Part shown: positions 63,654-64,000 of the stretch, piece by piece
Layout: every line of letters starts with the position of its first letter
Numbering within the stretch: position 1 is the first letter of the stretch
IMG/VR virus record: IMGVR_UViG_3300043029_000019
DNA length: 64,000 nt
From: an uncultured virus (IMG/VR IMGVR_UViG_3300043029_000019)
Taxonomy: Duplodnaviria; Heunggongvirae; Uroviricota; Caudoviricetes
Direction: 5' to 3' (one strand)
Position numbers and translations under genes: made by a program
The notes under the pieces: model-generated
Databases searched by the model: none
Told to the model about the DNA's origin: nothing
What the model saw: only the letters and a program-made list of their open reading frames with translations

Positions 63654-64000
63654 TTAAGCGGAAATGTCCAGTTTACATTCGAGCACAAAGGCAATCCGGC
63701 ACCTGGCACTGGCGGTAAACTTGAGCTTCTTCCATCCGGCCCCGGAGAAACGGCTTGTCAGATCGATGTTAAGCTGATCGCCAGAATACCAGAGTGGTGT
63801 TCCATACCCTGCGCCATTATCGGTGTTGACCGTGATGCTTGGACTGTTGCTTTCTTCGTAGATGCCGAAATCTATGCCATGGGTATGATTGGGTATCGTA
63901 ACATCGTGCGTATGAGCGCTTGGAGATTCAGAAGTAGGATTCACGTAATTCGTACCTGACGCTACCGCACTAACTAAAGAACTGCCATAAAGATAAACCT
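63654..64000 (-). CDS. 3' end of a tail protein gene (partial)
   Basis: Frame is open to the window edge; HTHDVTIPNHTHGIDFGIYE fibre-like motif. Confidence 0.7.
   Translation of the reverse strand, partial: VYLYGSSLVSAVASGTNYVNPTSESPSAHTHDVTIPNHTHGIDFGIYEESNSPSITVNTDNGAGYGTPLWYSGDQLNIDLTSRFSGAGWKKLKFTASARCRIAFVLECKLDISA

Larger units (their letters stand above)
44832..64000 (-). mobile_element. Phage unit B late region (runs off the right edge)
   Basis: Tail gene end, ejection-type genes, giant polyvalent gene and a lysis cassette different from unit A. Confidence 0.8.

Noticed and set aside
1..64000. Reverse transcriptase, intI, phage integrase, tRNA or rRNA genes
   Set aside because: Looked for in the ORF track and intergenic DNA and none recognised. 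Absence is by eye only.

Overview
The whole window is phage DNA, almost all coded on the minus strand, with no host genes. Bases 1-127 recur identically at 44705-44831. The 44,704 bp between the copies form a near-complete BPP-1-like temperate podophage (unit A): repressor, early/recombination/replication genes, Q-like late control, terminase, portal, capsid, tail tubes, ejection proteins and lysis genes, but no recognisable integrase. To the right (44832-64000) is the late region of an unrelated phage (unit B) with an amidase lysis cassette and a 4544-aa DarB-like polyvalent protein. The strongest unexpected signal is an array of eight single-gene cassettes at 35.15-37.73 kb in the early region of unit A. 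They are separated by integron attC-type sites and carry the core-site complementarity left by IntI recombination, yet every ORF is antisense to the canonical cassette orientation and no intI is present. Other notable items: a DGR-type target gene shared by both phages, beside a deleted TR/RT remnant; a tnpB-only IS605-family element plus an orphan omegaRNA mini-element with the same TTTAT TAM; two candidate overprinted genes inside the giant protein gene; and an HNH endonuclease that has split a stand-alone NrdD glycyl-radical mini-gene. All product calls come from motif recognition by eye, without database searches.
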